Source: an uncultured virus (IMG/VR IMGVR_UViG_3300032229_000206) (lineage: Duplodnaviria; Heunggongvirae; Uroviricota; Caudoviricetes). From it: 34,691 bases of DNA. Position numbers and translations under genes: made by a program. Each line of letters starts with the position of its first letter. The first letter of the stretch is position 1. Shown here one piece after another: positions 26,542-34,691 of this stretch. Under the pieces are notes generated by a model. It was not told the origin of the DNA, searched no databases, and saw only the letters and a program-made list of their open reading frames with translations. The stretch lies in the IMG/VR virus record IMGVR_UViG_3300032229_000206; one strand, given 5' to 3'.

Positions 26542-26615
26542 TGTTTACCTTTTCTCTAGAGAAGTAATTACGCCTGATATCGGGGGCGCTGGCTACTATT
26601 CTCCAAGAGGAACCT

Positions 26616-27542
26616 TTATTTGTCTTTGTATAGTGGCTTTACGTAATCTAAGCCCTTAAATTGGACTCCTGACTCCTTCTCAAGCCTTTGGTACCTAGTT
26701 AAATCATTAAGGCCGTACTCACCAAGATATTCTCCATCAAACAGAGCCTGCAGCCTTTTTCTTGCGGCTTTATCAAAGTCTATCCATGTGTTTTCATCAT
26801 CGTTCCATATAAAATGCCTGCGCCCATTTACTCTGTCATAGTTAGTCCAAAGAAAATTGCAAGGTAAAGAGGCTAAAACTACCCCCGCAACATATGCTCG
26901 GACTCCAAGAGATATCTCCTCTCCTAAAAAGAAAAGATTTGGGTCATAAGGGATTTTTAACATAGATTTTGCACTGCCAAAAACACAATTAGCAGCAAAC
27001 CCGTATGACCTATCACCAAACTCAATATCTTCTAATGGTTCCCAATCTAAAAGATAAAGACTTTCTTCTTCTTTCCAAAAAGGAGATGCTTTAAAAAATG
27101 TATCTTCTAAAAATAAATTATCGCGTGGGTTACTAGGGTCAGTCCAATCTATTAAAAATCCATGGGGGTATTTTGTAAACAAGTAATCTTCACCCCATTT
27201 AACTTTACATCTAACGTAATGAGAGATAACTAGCTCGTCCCATCGACTTTGTGCTCTTGAATGGGAGTCTGTTTGTAAAAAATACTTATACTTTTCAGAT
27301 AATAAAGAATTTGCTATATGCCTACCATTACATGCCCCAAGAGCTAACCTGTAATCTATGCGATTATAGTTTATTTGATTATCAGGTATAAAAGATAAAT
27401 CTAATGGATTATCTAAATCTTCGTGAGAAACTATAGAAAAATAAAGATTTTCTGGATATACAGCATGTTCATAAAAGCTTTTAACCGTATTTACTAGGTC
27501 TGGGTCTCTATAAGCAGATAAGCTTATAAAAATCTTGTCCAA
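26616..27542 (-). CDS. GT60 / GlcNAc-transferase family glycosyltransferase (Skp1-Hyp Gnt1-like)
   Basis: IFISLSAYRDPDL, GACNGRH, YFLQTDSHSR (DSH) and PYDPNLFFLGEEISLGVRAY motifs characteristic of the family; TTG start 1 nt after the oxygenase stop. Confidence 0.85.
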   Translation of the reverse strand: MDKIFISLSAYRDPDLVNTVKSFYEHAVYPENLYFSIVSHEDLDNPLDLSFIPDNQINYNRIDYRLALGACNGRHIANSLLSEKYKYFLQTDSHSRAQSRWDELVISHYVRCKVKWGEDYLFTKYPHGFLIDWTDPSNPRDNLFLEDTFFKASPFWKEEESLYLLDWEPLEDIEFGDRSYGFAANCVFGSAKSMLKIPYDPNLFFLGEEISLGVRAYVAGVVLASLPCNFLWTNYDRVNGRRHFIWNDDENTWIDFDKAARKRLQALFDGEYLGEYGLNDLTRYQRLEKESGVQFKGLDYVKPLYKDK

Positions 27543-27543
27543 T

Positions 27544-28161
27544 TTACTCGAACCAGTTAACTACGGTGTAGCGGGTACCTTCTGTGACTGGGTATATCTT
27601 GTGGTTATAGACGTAGTTGGCAGCAAACAAAATAGCCATATTGGCCTTGGGTTTAACTTTAAGGCCAAAACGTGGGAACTCAATCTCTCCACCCTCATAG
27701 TCATCATTTAGATAGTAAGAAATAGAAAAAGTTCTAGGAATACCTTTGTTATCATCTATATGGTTTTCAAAATGGTGGCCTTTACCATATTTTAAGATTT
27801 GCCAGTTTTCACCAGTAGCATAGGCCAAGCATCCGTGAGCAGCAGCATAGTCTTTAATAGTTGGGTTCAAAAGTTCATTTAAAAGGTCGTGAATCATCAA
27901 TCCTGTACCAGGAAGGTGATTTCTTAAGTCTGGGTTTCTATCAAAAGCATGCAAACCAATTGTTTCAACAACTCTTATTTGTGTGTCAACTTTATAAGAG
28001 CTAGTAGTTGTATCTGCAATATCTCCAACAGTTCCAAGATTCCAAGTAAGGTTTTTAATTTCTACAAGACCTTCAATGTCATTAATAAAACCTTGTGGGT
28101 CTTCTATTACATCGTAATATGCCCAAATACCTGGAGCTAATTCTTCTTTTTTAAATTCCAT
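27544..28161 (-). CDS. 2OG-Fe(II) oxygenase, prolyl 4-hydroxylase-like
   Basis: QILKY..G..F..HID (HxD), YLNDDYEGGEIEF and H-KIYPVTEG-T-RY; start MEFKK with TAATG coupling. Confidence 0.9.
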   Translation of the reverse strand: MEFKKEELAPGIWAYYDVIEDPQGFINDIEGLVEIKNLTWNLGTVGDIADTTTSSYKVDTQIRVVETIGLHAFDRNPDLRNHLPGTGLMIHDLLNELLNPTIKDYAAAHGCLAYATGENWQILKYGKGHHFENHIDDNKGIPRTFSISYYLNDDYEGGEIEFPRFGLKVKPKANMAILFAANYVYNHKIYPVTEGTRYTVVNWFE

Positions 28162-28442
28162 TATGCTTCTACCTCTACTTGACCCCATTTATGAAGTGGA
28201 CACTCGGCTTTAGCTAATTTTGACTTTTCTGGCATAAAACAGCCGCATTTTTTACACTGTTTAGTAATTTTAATTAATTCTGGGCAAGATAAGCACATAT
28301 CATATCTGGTTTTGTGAATTTCATCAGATACTCGGTCTACATTAGGGTTTACTAAGTCCCATGGACGTGTTTCACCAAGGTTTTTCTTCCATCTTTGCCA
28401 TGGAGTTAGGCCATCATCAAAGTTGTTGTCCATAGTTGTCAT
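28161..28442 (-). CDS. Cys-rich small protein (DUF6171-like)
   Basis: R...CLSCP...QCKKCGCFM..K......CPLHKW pattern. Confidence 0.75.
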   Translation of the reverse strand: MTTMDNNFDDGLTPWQRWKKNLGETRPWDLVNPNVDRVSDEIHKTRYDMCLSCPELIKITKQCKKCGCFMPEKSKLAKAECPLHKWGQVEVEA

Positions 28443-28452
28443 TTAATGCTCC

Positions 28453-28665
28453 TTACTCTTTTGGTCGTATAAATCCTATACCATCATGACGCCAGCCTTC
28501 GCCAATATCTTGGTCGGGCATGAACTCAACAACTTGAGGGTTAGAAGCCATACCAGCTAGAATCATTTGAAATCTTGCTGGGTCCATATTTTCTGGGTCT
28601 GTATCGTCAAAAGACATAACCATAAAAACGTCACCTTCGGCAACAAAGGCAAACTTTCTTTCCAT
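28453..28665 (-). CDS. small acidic protein, possible fibre chaperone
   Basis: 70 aa; KFAFV...GWRHDG.GF resembles the 3433-3726 product, which also follows a fibre gene. Confidence 0.6.
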   Translation of the reverse strand: MERKFAFVAEGDVFMVMSFDDTDPENMDPARFQMILAGMASNPQVVEFMPDQDIGEGWRHDGIGFIRPKE

Positions 28666-28697
28666 TTTAATTCTCCTTAATTATAGGATTAATCATA

Positions 28698-29978
28698 CTA
28701 GAACAAACACCCACCTCTACGCCAGATTCCACCAAATTCTACACAACGGAAACGAGCATAGCTACTTGAGTCTGTGCCTACAACACTAGGTGTTGGAGTA
28801 GGTGTTGGAGTAGGTGTTGGAGTAGGTGTTGGCGTAGGAACAGGTCCTCCGCCGCCTCCACTTGTAACGCATTGGCAAAACCCGTTAGTATTTACCCAAG
28901 TACCAAAGCATGGTCCTTGACAGTTACCAGAGCAGCTATTAGTACACTGACAGCAACCGCCGCAAACAAGGCCTGTACAAGCGCCAGCACAGTTATATGT
29001 TCCTGTATAACCGCAACCTCCTGAGTAAGTTCCGCAAACTTGACCCGATAGAGGGCTACAAGGAACTACAGTTCCACCACCACCACCACCACCAACGGTA
29101 ACCCCACAATTAGTAAGTGTTCCACCGCTTCTAGTGATTTCTGCGCCTTTTCCACCATTAAGAAGGTTAGTTCCATCAGAACATACCTGTCCCAATTGTT
29201 GATAATAAACAGTGTAAGTATAGGGACTAACGCATATATCTTCTTGAATGTTATATCCAGCTAGAACTTGGATACCACTACAAGTAACTCCGCCCCCTCC
29301 TCCTCCTCCACCTCCACCTACCGTAGGTTGAGGTGTAGGGGTTGGAGCAACATATTGCGTAATAGTAATTAAATTAGAGGTAGTAGAGGCTTGTCCTAAT
29401 CCGTTTTCATTTCTTGCAGCAACGTTAAAATTATACTGAGAACCAAGAGTTAACCCAGAAAAAGTGTAGGTAGTAGAGGCGTTGCCTGTTTCTACAGTTG
29501 CACCAATATTAGGGGTAATAAGATAGCTAGTAATTGCTTTTCCACCATTTGCAGGGGCGGTCCAAGAAAGGCTAGCTCCACCACCATTTGTTGAATCTGT
29601 GGCTCCAGCAGAGGTAACTCTTCCAGGAACAGTAGTAGAAGTTCCTGGACCAAACTCAGATGAATCAGCTGAGTTATAAACAGCATTTCTAGCTCTAATT
29701 TTAAATCTATAGCTTTTTCCAGATTTTAAACCAGTAATAACAAAAGGAGCTGTGCTATTTAATGTTTGAGTAACGGTATCTGAATTATCGGTGGCGGTAG
29801 CGGTAAGAACATAGTCAATAATTGGAAGCTTGCCTGTAAAAGGGGTGTCTTGAAACGTTAAAGAGTTTGCTCCATTATCAAAAGCTCTACCAGAACCAGA
29901 ATCAGACTGCGAAACTACCAAAGGTGGTAGTGGTGGCTGCTTTTTCTGAGAGTCAGATATTCCCAGTGGTAATGGCAT
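28698..29978 (-). CDS. FN3-domain protein with Cys/Gly-rich C-terminus and (PT)n linkers
   Basis: Two FN3 repeats (ITGLKSGKSYRFKIRARN; LSWTAPANGGKAITSY..GLTLGSQYNFNVAARN), followed by poly-Gly, many Cys and PTPTPT tracts. Confidence 0.85.
   Translation of the reverse strand: MPLPLGISDSQKKQPPLPPLVVSQSDSGSGRAFDNGANSLTFQDTPFTGKLPIIDYVLTATATDNSDTVTQTLNSTAPFVITGLKSGKSYRFKIRARNAVYNSADSSEFGPGTSTTVPGRVTSAGATDSTNGGGASLSWTAPANGGKAITSYLITPNIGATVETGNASTTYTFSGLTLGSQYNFNVAARNENGLGQASTTSNLITITQYVAPTPTPQPTVGGGGGGGGGGVTCSGIQVLAGYNIQEDICVSPYTYTVYYQQLGQVCSDGTNLLNGGKGAEITRSGGTLTNCGVTVGGGGGGGTVVPCSPLSGQVCGTYSGGCGYTGTYNCAGACTGLVCGGCCQCTNSCSGNCQGPCFGTWVNTNGFCQCVTSGGGGGPVPTPTPTPTPTPTPTPTPSVVGTDSSSYARFRCVEFGGIWRRGGCLF
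28788..28835. repeat. 4 x 12-bp tandem repeat (AGGTGTTGGAGT) encoding (TP)n
   Basis: Three exact copies and one with a single mismatch. Confidence 0.9.
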
Positions 29979-30760
29979 TAAACACTCAAATCGCCTGATA
30001 GGAACCAGGTGTTATTTGCAATCTTCAATAATGAAGCTGCAGACCATTGAGCGCGAAGAATCAAACCTGGAGTTGCGTTTACGCTTGCTGGAGAGGTGCC
30101 TACAAAACTTACAGCACCAGCAGCTCCGCGAATAAAGTCAATACGAGAACCAACTGGAAAAGCAATTGAATCTGTTGGAACAGTTACAACTACTGGTGCA
30201 GAGGTGTTTACTAAGAAAAATACTTTGTTTTTATCAGCTAAAGCTAATGTAAAGTTTTGATTTTTTTGCTCTACAACGCTATCGGCAGGAACAGCAGATA
30301 CAGAACCTTGGATATTAGCAGCTAGCGTCTTTCCTGTATATGTGCCATCTGGCTGTACTGCAGCTTGAATAACTCCAATAGAATCTTGCCACTCTTGAAG
30401 GTTTACAGCCTGGTTTAGCGCTCCACGAACAATAATTCCGCGGTTATTGATATCACCTGTATCAATTCGGTTGGCGTTAGCTCCGTCAGCTGTTTTACGC
30501 AGGTATTGAGTGTGAGAATCAGCAATAACGCCGTTTTCTATATTAGCAAGGCGAGCGCTTACAGTTCCATAAGATACGGCAGCGGCATTAAACGCAACGC
30601 TTGAATTGGCAGCAGACGAAAGATTTGGGTTAGTACCTAGGATAGTCTGGACAGCCACAACCTCTTCTTGAAGAGTATTTGGGTGAGACGCATCGATAGT
30701 ATCAGTGACGTTTGCCTTAGTAGTAAAGACTCGTACGGAGCCAGGATATGTTGCTGCCAT
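29978..30760 (-). CDS. virion structural/fibre protein
   Basis: 260 aa; ASHPNTLQEEVVAVQ N-terminal anchor; FTLALADKNK..VTVP...FPVGSRI..LRAQWSAASLLK...W.LSGDL C-terminal module. Confidence 0.75.
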   Translation of the reverse strand: MAATYPGSVRVFTTKANVTDTIDASHPNTLQEEVVAVQTILGTNPNLSSAANSSVAFNAAAVSYGTVSARLANIENGVIADSHTQYLRKTADGANANRIDTGDINNRGIIVRGALNQAVNLQEWQDSIGVIQAAVQPDGTYTGKTLAANIQGSVSAVPADSVVEQKNQNFTLALADKNKVFFLVNTSAPVVVTVPTDSIAFPVGSRIDFIRGAAGAVSFVGTSPASVNATPGLILRAQWSAASLLKIANNTWFLSGDLSV

Positions 30761-30772
30761 TTTTTATGCCTT

Positions 30773-30931
30773 TCAGTTCTGACTTTCGCCGTTTGGGCCT
30801 CTACCAGGAGTATTGTAGATACCAATTGATGGTTTTTCTGTGTCATTGAAGAAAAACTTTCTCAAACCGAAGCGTGAGTCATTAATCTCTACTGGTTTTG
30901 GATGTGCATCTTTAAATTCAATTTTTCTCAC
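30773..30931 (-). CDS. hypothetical microprotein (52 aa)
   Basis: GTGA overlap with the upstream stop; MRKIEFKDAHPKPVEINDSRFGLRKFFFNDTEKPSIGIYNTPGRGPNGESQN. Confidence 0.6.
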   Translation of the reverse strand: MRKIEFKDAHPKPVEINDSRFGLRKFFFNDTEKPSIGIYNTPGRGPNGESQN

Positions 30932-31098
30932 GGAGTCCAGCCCTCATATCGGCTCCATTGCTTAGATTGAGTAACTTGGCCTTTAATAGGGGTTGTTACC
31001 CGTGTTAAGCGGTCTCTAGTTCTTCGTCCAATATCAGAACTAACTGAGGTAGCAATTTCAGACTTAATTCCAGATTGTGACTTCTTTTTGCGAGCCAT
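30928..31098 (-). CDS. basic microprotein (56 aa)
   Basis: MARKKKSQSGIKSEIATSVSSDIGRRTRDRLTRVTTPIKGQVTQSKQWSRYEGWTP; fills the gap between neighbouring genes. Confidence 0.65.
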   Translation of the reverse strand: MARKKKSQSGIKSEIATSVSSDIGRRTRDRLTRVTTPIKGQVTQSKQWSRYEGWTP

Positions 31099-31104
31099 TT
31101 TAAG

Positions 31105-31581
31105 TTACCTAAACTGTCGTGGGTTAGCTGGCTGCTTTGTTTTGGTTATTTCGTGAGTAATCTTTCCAAAGTCTGCGCCCTCTTCTAATTTAACTACTGG
31201 CTCTGCTACAAAGACTGTACGAGTTTTCTCTTTTTTAACTTTTGGCCCAGCGTTTTTCTTAGGCTTTGGTGGCCCAGCAATAGCTTTTGGCTTAGAAGAC
31301 CCTAAAGGAGAATTTGTACGCGTAGATTTAACATCGTCTGGCTTGTTAGGAACAATAACGGCGTCTTCAATATTTGAGTCTACCTCTTTTTTAACTCTTT
31401 TAGACTTTACTTTTTTAGTTTTATTTTGAGGAACTGACTTACTGCCCTTTTTCTTAGGTGGGGCCCATGTGTTTTTTTTACGCAAAGTAGGAAAAGCTGA
31501 GCGGGTAGCTGCTGCTCCCGTGGCTCCTTTTCTCAGACCAATATCTGAGGCGCTTTTAGCTGCCTTAACCTTTTTCATCAT
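31105..31581 (-). CDS. Lys-rich basic protein
   Basis: 158 aa, low complexity, GGAG RBS. Confidence 0.7.
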   Translation of the reverse strand: MMKKVKAAKSASDIGLRKGATGAAATRSAFPTLRKKNTWAPPKKKGSKSVPQNKTKKVKSKRVKKEVDSNIEDAVIVPNKPDDVKSTRTNSPLGSSKPKAIAGPPKPKKNAGPKVKKEKTRTVFVAEPVVKLEEGADFGKITHEITKTKQPANPRQFR

Positions 31582-31714
31582 ACTCCGATTGTAGGTGCTT
31601 CTCTTCGCACATTCTGGCTAAATCAGGGACCACATAACGCTTATCGCATAAAGCGCAGGTATAGCGCTTTATGCGTTCAGCATCACTATTAGCGTTCAGC
31701 CCACCACATCCCAA
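31565..31714 (-). CDS. zinc-finger-like microprotein (~49 aa, start uncertain)
   Basis: Contains YTCALCDKRYVVPDLARMCEEKH; only a TTG or CTG start is available. Confidence 0.55.
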   Translation of the reverse strand: MGCGGLNANSDAERIKRYTCALCDKRYVVPDLARMCEEKHLQSEYDEKG

Positions 31715-31781
31715 GGATTGTTACAGCAACTAGAGTCACAATAAATACTCCCTGAAAGGTTACGTGGGTTAGGTAATACAT
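31689..31781 (-). CDS. 30-aa single-TM microprotein
   Basis: MYYLTHVTFQGVFIVTLVAVTILGMWWAER; TAATG-coupled to the endolysin stop. Confidence 0.6.
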   Translation of the reverse strand: MYYLTHVTFQGVFIVTLVAVTILGMWWAER

Positions 31782-32329
31782 TACTTACCGCAAGTTGGGC
31801 ACTTAGCTGCTGGCGCGGCTGCACCTGCTGCCTTGAACTTAGGGCGACCGAAACCTACGATAGAAATCTGAACCTTCTTAGGGTTCTTCTTGTAGGCACG
31901 GAGTTTCTTAGAAACTTGTCCGCCATTTCTTTGGCTTCCTTTATCATCTGGGCTAGTGTTTCCCTCGATGCACCAAACTGTGCCATCGCCATTGTCCTTG
32001 ATAACAATTCCTACGTGAGAAATTCTATCGACGCCATCTGATGGGAAATCAAAATAGGCAATATCTCCAGCATCTGGGTCTGCAATGTCTCCATCAATCC
32101 AAGCGTTAGCTTTCTTAAATGCTGCTGCGCCACCTGGTGTGTAAACGGTATTAGGAACCTTTACACCAGCCTCGTTAGCGCACCAGTTTACAAAAGAACC
32201 ACACCATGGCTGAAAATTAGCCTTTGTGTAAGCGCCGTACTTGGTCTCATTGTCTTTAGGACCTTCAATGGTTCCTAGTTCTGCTGTTGCAACTTCAATG
32301 AGTTTAGCTGCTGTGCCTTGGTCTGCCAT
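31781..32329 (-). CDS. CHAP-domain endolysin (cysteine peptidase/amidase)
   Basis: PWCGSFVNW (catalytic Cys), GDIAYFD, SHVGIV (His), IEGNT and GFGRP motifs; start MADQG by TAATG coupling. Confidence 0.9.
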   Translation of the reverse strand: MADQGTAAKLIEVATAELGTIEGPKDNETKYGAYTKANFQPWCGSFVNWCANEAGVKVPNTVYTPGGAAAFKKANAWIDGDIADPDAGDIAYFDFPSDGVDRISHVGIVIKDNGDGTVWCIEGNTSPDDKGSQRNGGQVSKKLRAYKKNPKKVQISIVGFGRPKFKAAGAAAPAAKCPTCGK

Positions 32330-32718
32330 TAGTCTTTGTCCCAATCTTCGTCAACTGGCTGCTCTTCAGGAACTTCGCCCTCAGATTTTGTAGCAACAGC
32401 TACAGCAGCAGTGGAAACGCCAGCAGAGATGATGATGTCTTGGCCGTTTTGCTTAGCCTCAACCTTTAAGTCATGCTCACTCTTTGCTTTAGTATCAACT
32501 GCAGCAAATGCAGCGTTAATTTCATCAAGGTCTAGCTTGCCGTCATTCATAAAGCCACGTGCTAGCTTCTCTACGACTGCAGCAACCGCTGTTAGACCAG
32601 CCACTGTTATTGCTGTGATAGTGTCGACGCCAGCGATAGCACCTGCACCAATTACTGAGAGACCGCTAGCAGCAAATGTTGCAAGGATTCTCAGAAGAAT
32701 GTTTCCTATTGATTTCAT
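32329..32718 (-). CDS. holin-like membrane protein
   Basis: Two hydrophobic helices, an NDGKLDLDE loop and an acidic tail; directly upstream of the endolysin. Confidence 0.65.
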   Translation of the reverse strand: MKSIGNILLRILATFAASGLSVIGAGAIAGVDTITAITVAGLTAVAAVVEKLARGFMNDGKLDLDEINAAFAAVDTKAKSEHDLKVEAKQNGQDIIISAGVSTAAVAVATKSEGEVPEEQPVDEDWDKD

Positions 32719-32888
32719 TATTCCTCATCTTTCGGGTTTCGTAGTGGGTAGGTGATAGCCCATGCAATCAAAGTAGCAATGATTGCGTACCCAACGACTG
32801 TTTTTGCTGAACCGTCTAGTACAACCCAAGCAATGAACATGCCAAGCAGTGTCCATAGCTGGTCAATCATGTCTCTAATTACTCTCAT
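32718..32888 (-). CDS. two-TM membrane microprotein (56 aa)
   Basis: MRVIRDMIDQLWTLLGMFIAWVVLDGSAKTVVGYAIIATLIAWAITYPLRNPKDEE; ATGA and TAATG overlaps. Confidence 0.8.
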   Translation of the reverse strand: MRVIRDMIDQLWTLLGMFIAWVVLDGSAKTVVGYAIIATLIAWAITYPLRNPKDEE

Positions 32889-34690
32889 GGCTTACGTCTC
32901 CTAACGCCTTTTGATTCGCCAGAGGCGCCTCCGCCTCCAGAACTTCCTCCACCGCTTGAACCACCAGTGCTTCCACCAGCGGCACCTGCTGCTGCACCAA
33001 CTGCGTTCATAGCAGCGCCTGCAGCTACAACGGCAGCAACTACCATTTCTGTTGCTTCTTCACGTTCTTCGGGGGACATATCAGCACCAATACTTCCAAG
33101 TGCTTGCAGGGCTTGACCAGGGTCATCAAATATTGCGCCAATTAACTCCGCAGGGTTCTCTAGTAGCACGAGAGCCGCGGCAACGTCTGCTGTAATTATA
33201 ACCTCGTTACCGTTTTCATCCTGCCTAACCTCAACAGGAGTATCAGCTGGAAGGTCCTTATACTCAATTCCAGCGTCCTGAATCTGTTCTTTTGTTAAGG
33301 TCTCACCTGGGGCTACAGACTCAATAAGAGCAGTAGCAACTAGGTCTTTCTCAGCCTCGCTAAGCTTGCCGTCTTCATTTAGGGCATCAACTAAAGCTGA
33401 TACCTCTTCAGCGGTAACTTCGCCATCCGCGTTTAAGGCATCCATAACATCTTCAGCATCAGCAGCAGTTAGGTTGCCGTCAGACAAAACGTCTTCTACC
33501 GCATTATCTACAGCTTCCTCTTCTGTAACAACTACTTCCTCTTCAGGGCTAGCGACTTCTTCTTCAGTTGTGATATCCTCTGGGGATGATTCTTCTGACG
33601 GATTTTCTGGCTCTGTTTCTGGTAACTCTGGTTGTACTTCTTCTTCCACGGGTGTTTCGACTTCCGCAGGAGGCTCCTCAGGTGTTACGGGTGGCTCTTC
33701 GGGCTCTACCTCTGGTTGTGGCTCTTCTGTGGGTTCTGATGGCGTTTCTGTATCAGGGTCAGGCTCAGTAGATGGATTTTCAGAATCTGTCGGAGGAAGA
33801 GTGGTTGGCTCATCGACAGAAGGAGACTCTGGAGTTTCTGGACTTACAGGCTCAGTTGGCGTTGAAGAAGAAGCATTTGCTTGAGCAGCAGCTTCAGCAG
33901 CAGCCTGAGCAGCAGCAGCCGCAGCCTGTTGAGCCGCTAGTAGCGCAGCAGCCTGAGCCTCCGCTTCAATACGAGAGTTCGTACTGGACACCACAGGAGC
34001 GATAGCTTCAGCTTTTACAATTGCAGTATCTGCTAATTGATTAGCTGTTGTTAAAGCGCTATTCTGCGCTGATTGGAGGTTACCTAATGTTTGAGTTTCT
34101 GCTGTTAATGTGGTCTGAGCAGTTGCAAGTGCTGTCTCTGTTACTTGTTTCACTTCTGTCTTATCTATAACAACTGCTTCTGCTACAGGCACAGCAGCAA
34201 CTGCTGTAGCAGCAGCAGCAACTAATGCTGGGTCTTGAGTAGTTGTTGTATGTGATAAGTACTCAGCGCCTACGCCAGTATGAATACCGCTATGTTGCCA
34301 AGCTAAGTGTAGTGTTGCACCACCACCATTTTCGTAATACCACACTGTAATATCTTTTGTTCTGTCATTAGTAAAATCAAGCCAATTACTAGCAAGACTC
34401 CAAGTAGGTCCTTGGTCCCTCCAGTTATTAACTACTAATTCATTATCTATGTAGATTCTGGCGCCATCATCCGATAATACTATGAATCTGATGGTGTTCA
34501 CATTTTCTGGTGCGGTAACCTGTCCTTCATAGGTAACAATTACATCCTCTGAACGATTAGAGCCAGCAACGTTACCGCTTCCCCAGTTTTCATTAATACC
34601 ATTAGTGTCAACTGCTGTGTGGATAGGTGTTGCTCCTTGTGGTAATACTGGAGCATTATTTTGACCTTGAACGTTATAAACCTTTACAAC
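32885..34690 (-). CDS. PA14-domain protein with Ala-rich coil and acidic Pro/Glu stalk; 5' end lies outside the window
   Basis: The frame stays open beyond the track start to the right edge; INENWGSG...SDDGARIYID...WYYENGGGA.L.L.W PA14 motifs; hydrophobic segment plus RRRKP at the C-terminus. Confidence 0.85.
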   Translation of the reverse strand, partial: VVKVYNVQGQNNAPVLPQGATPIHTAVDTNGINENWGSGNVAGSNRSEDVIVTYEGQVTAPENVNTIRFIVLSDDGARIYIDNELVVNNWRDQGPTWSLASNWLDFTNDRTKDITVWYYENGGGATLHLAWQHSGIHTGVGAEYLSHTTTTQDPALVAAAATAVAAVPVAEAVVIDKTEVKQVTETALATAQTTLTAETQTLGNLQSAQNSALTTANQLADTAIVKAEAIAPVVSSTNSRIEAEAQAAALLAAQQAAAAAAQAAAEAAAQANASSSTPTEPVSPETPESPSVDEPTTLPPTDSENPSTEPDPDTETPSEPTEEPQPEVEPEEPPVTPEEPPAEVETPVEEEVQPELPETEPENPSEESSPEDITTEEEVASPEEEVVVTEEEAVDNAVEDVLSDGNLTAADAEDVMDALNADGEVTAEEVSALVDALNEDGKLSEAEKDLVATALIESVAPGETLTKEQIQDAGIEYKDLPADTPVEVRQDENGNEVIITADVAAALVLLENPAELIGAIFDDPGQALQALGSIGADMSPEEREEATEMVVAAVVAAGAAMNAVGAAAGAAGGSTGGSSGGGSSGGGGASGESKGVRRRKP

Positions 34691-34691
34691 A

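Noticed and set aside
131..34005. Plus-strand ORFs in the track other than 24889-25422 (e.g. 523-903, 9897-10280, 32336-32755, 33366-33884)
   Set aside because: They are antisense shadows of well-supported minus-strand genes, with no RBS or recognisable motifs.

Overview
This window is the virion-morphogenesis and lysis region of a large tailed dsDNA phage. Nearly all real genes are on the minus strand; there is one plus-strand gene. Read right to left it holds: a partial PA14-domain/acidic protein, membrane proteins and a CHAP endolysin; an FN3/Cys-rich/(PT)n fibre followed by a prolyl-hydroxylase-like 2OG-Fe(II) oxygenase and a GT60 (Skp1-Hyp GlcNAc-transferase-like) glycosyltransferase; a split-PASTA protein; a stand-alone secreted lysozyme-like gene; holin-like genes; a KTSC protein; terminase, portal, scaffold and major capsid; a head-tail adaptor; collagen-like and other fibres; a GT2-TPR glycosyltransferase; and a run of Lys-rich microproteins. 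From recall (no search run), the head genes resemble Bxz1/cluster-C1-like actinophages, suggesting an actinobacterial host, possibly a low-GC freshwater lineage (inference). The most notable items are: (1) a candidate phage-encoded hydroxyproline/GlcNAc protein-modification cassette next to Pro/Thr-rich substrates, (2) uncalled microproteins starting with the HypB-like MCxxCGC metal-binding motif, (3) a candidate anti-SD-like small RNA upstream of terL, and (4) a recurrent GTTT-N3-(-35) promoter architecture. No tRNA, CRISPR, integrase or reverse transcriptase was seen.
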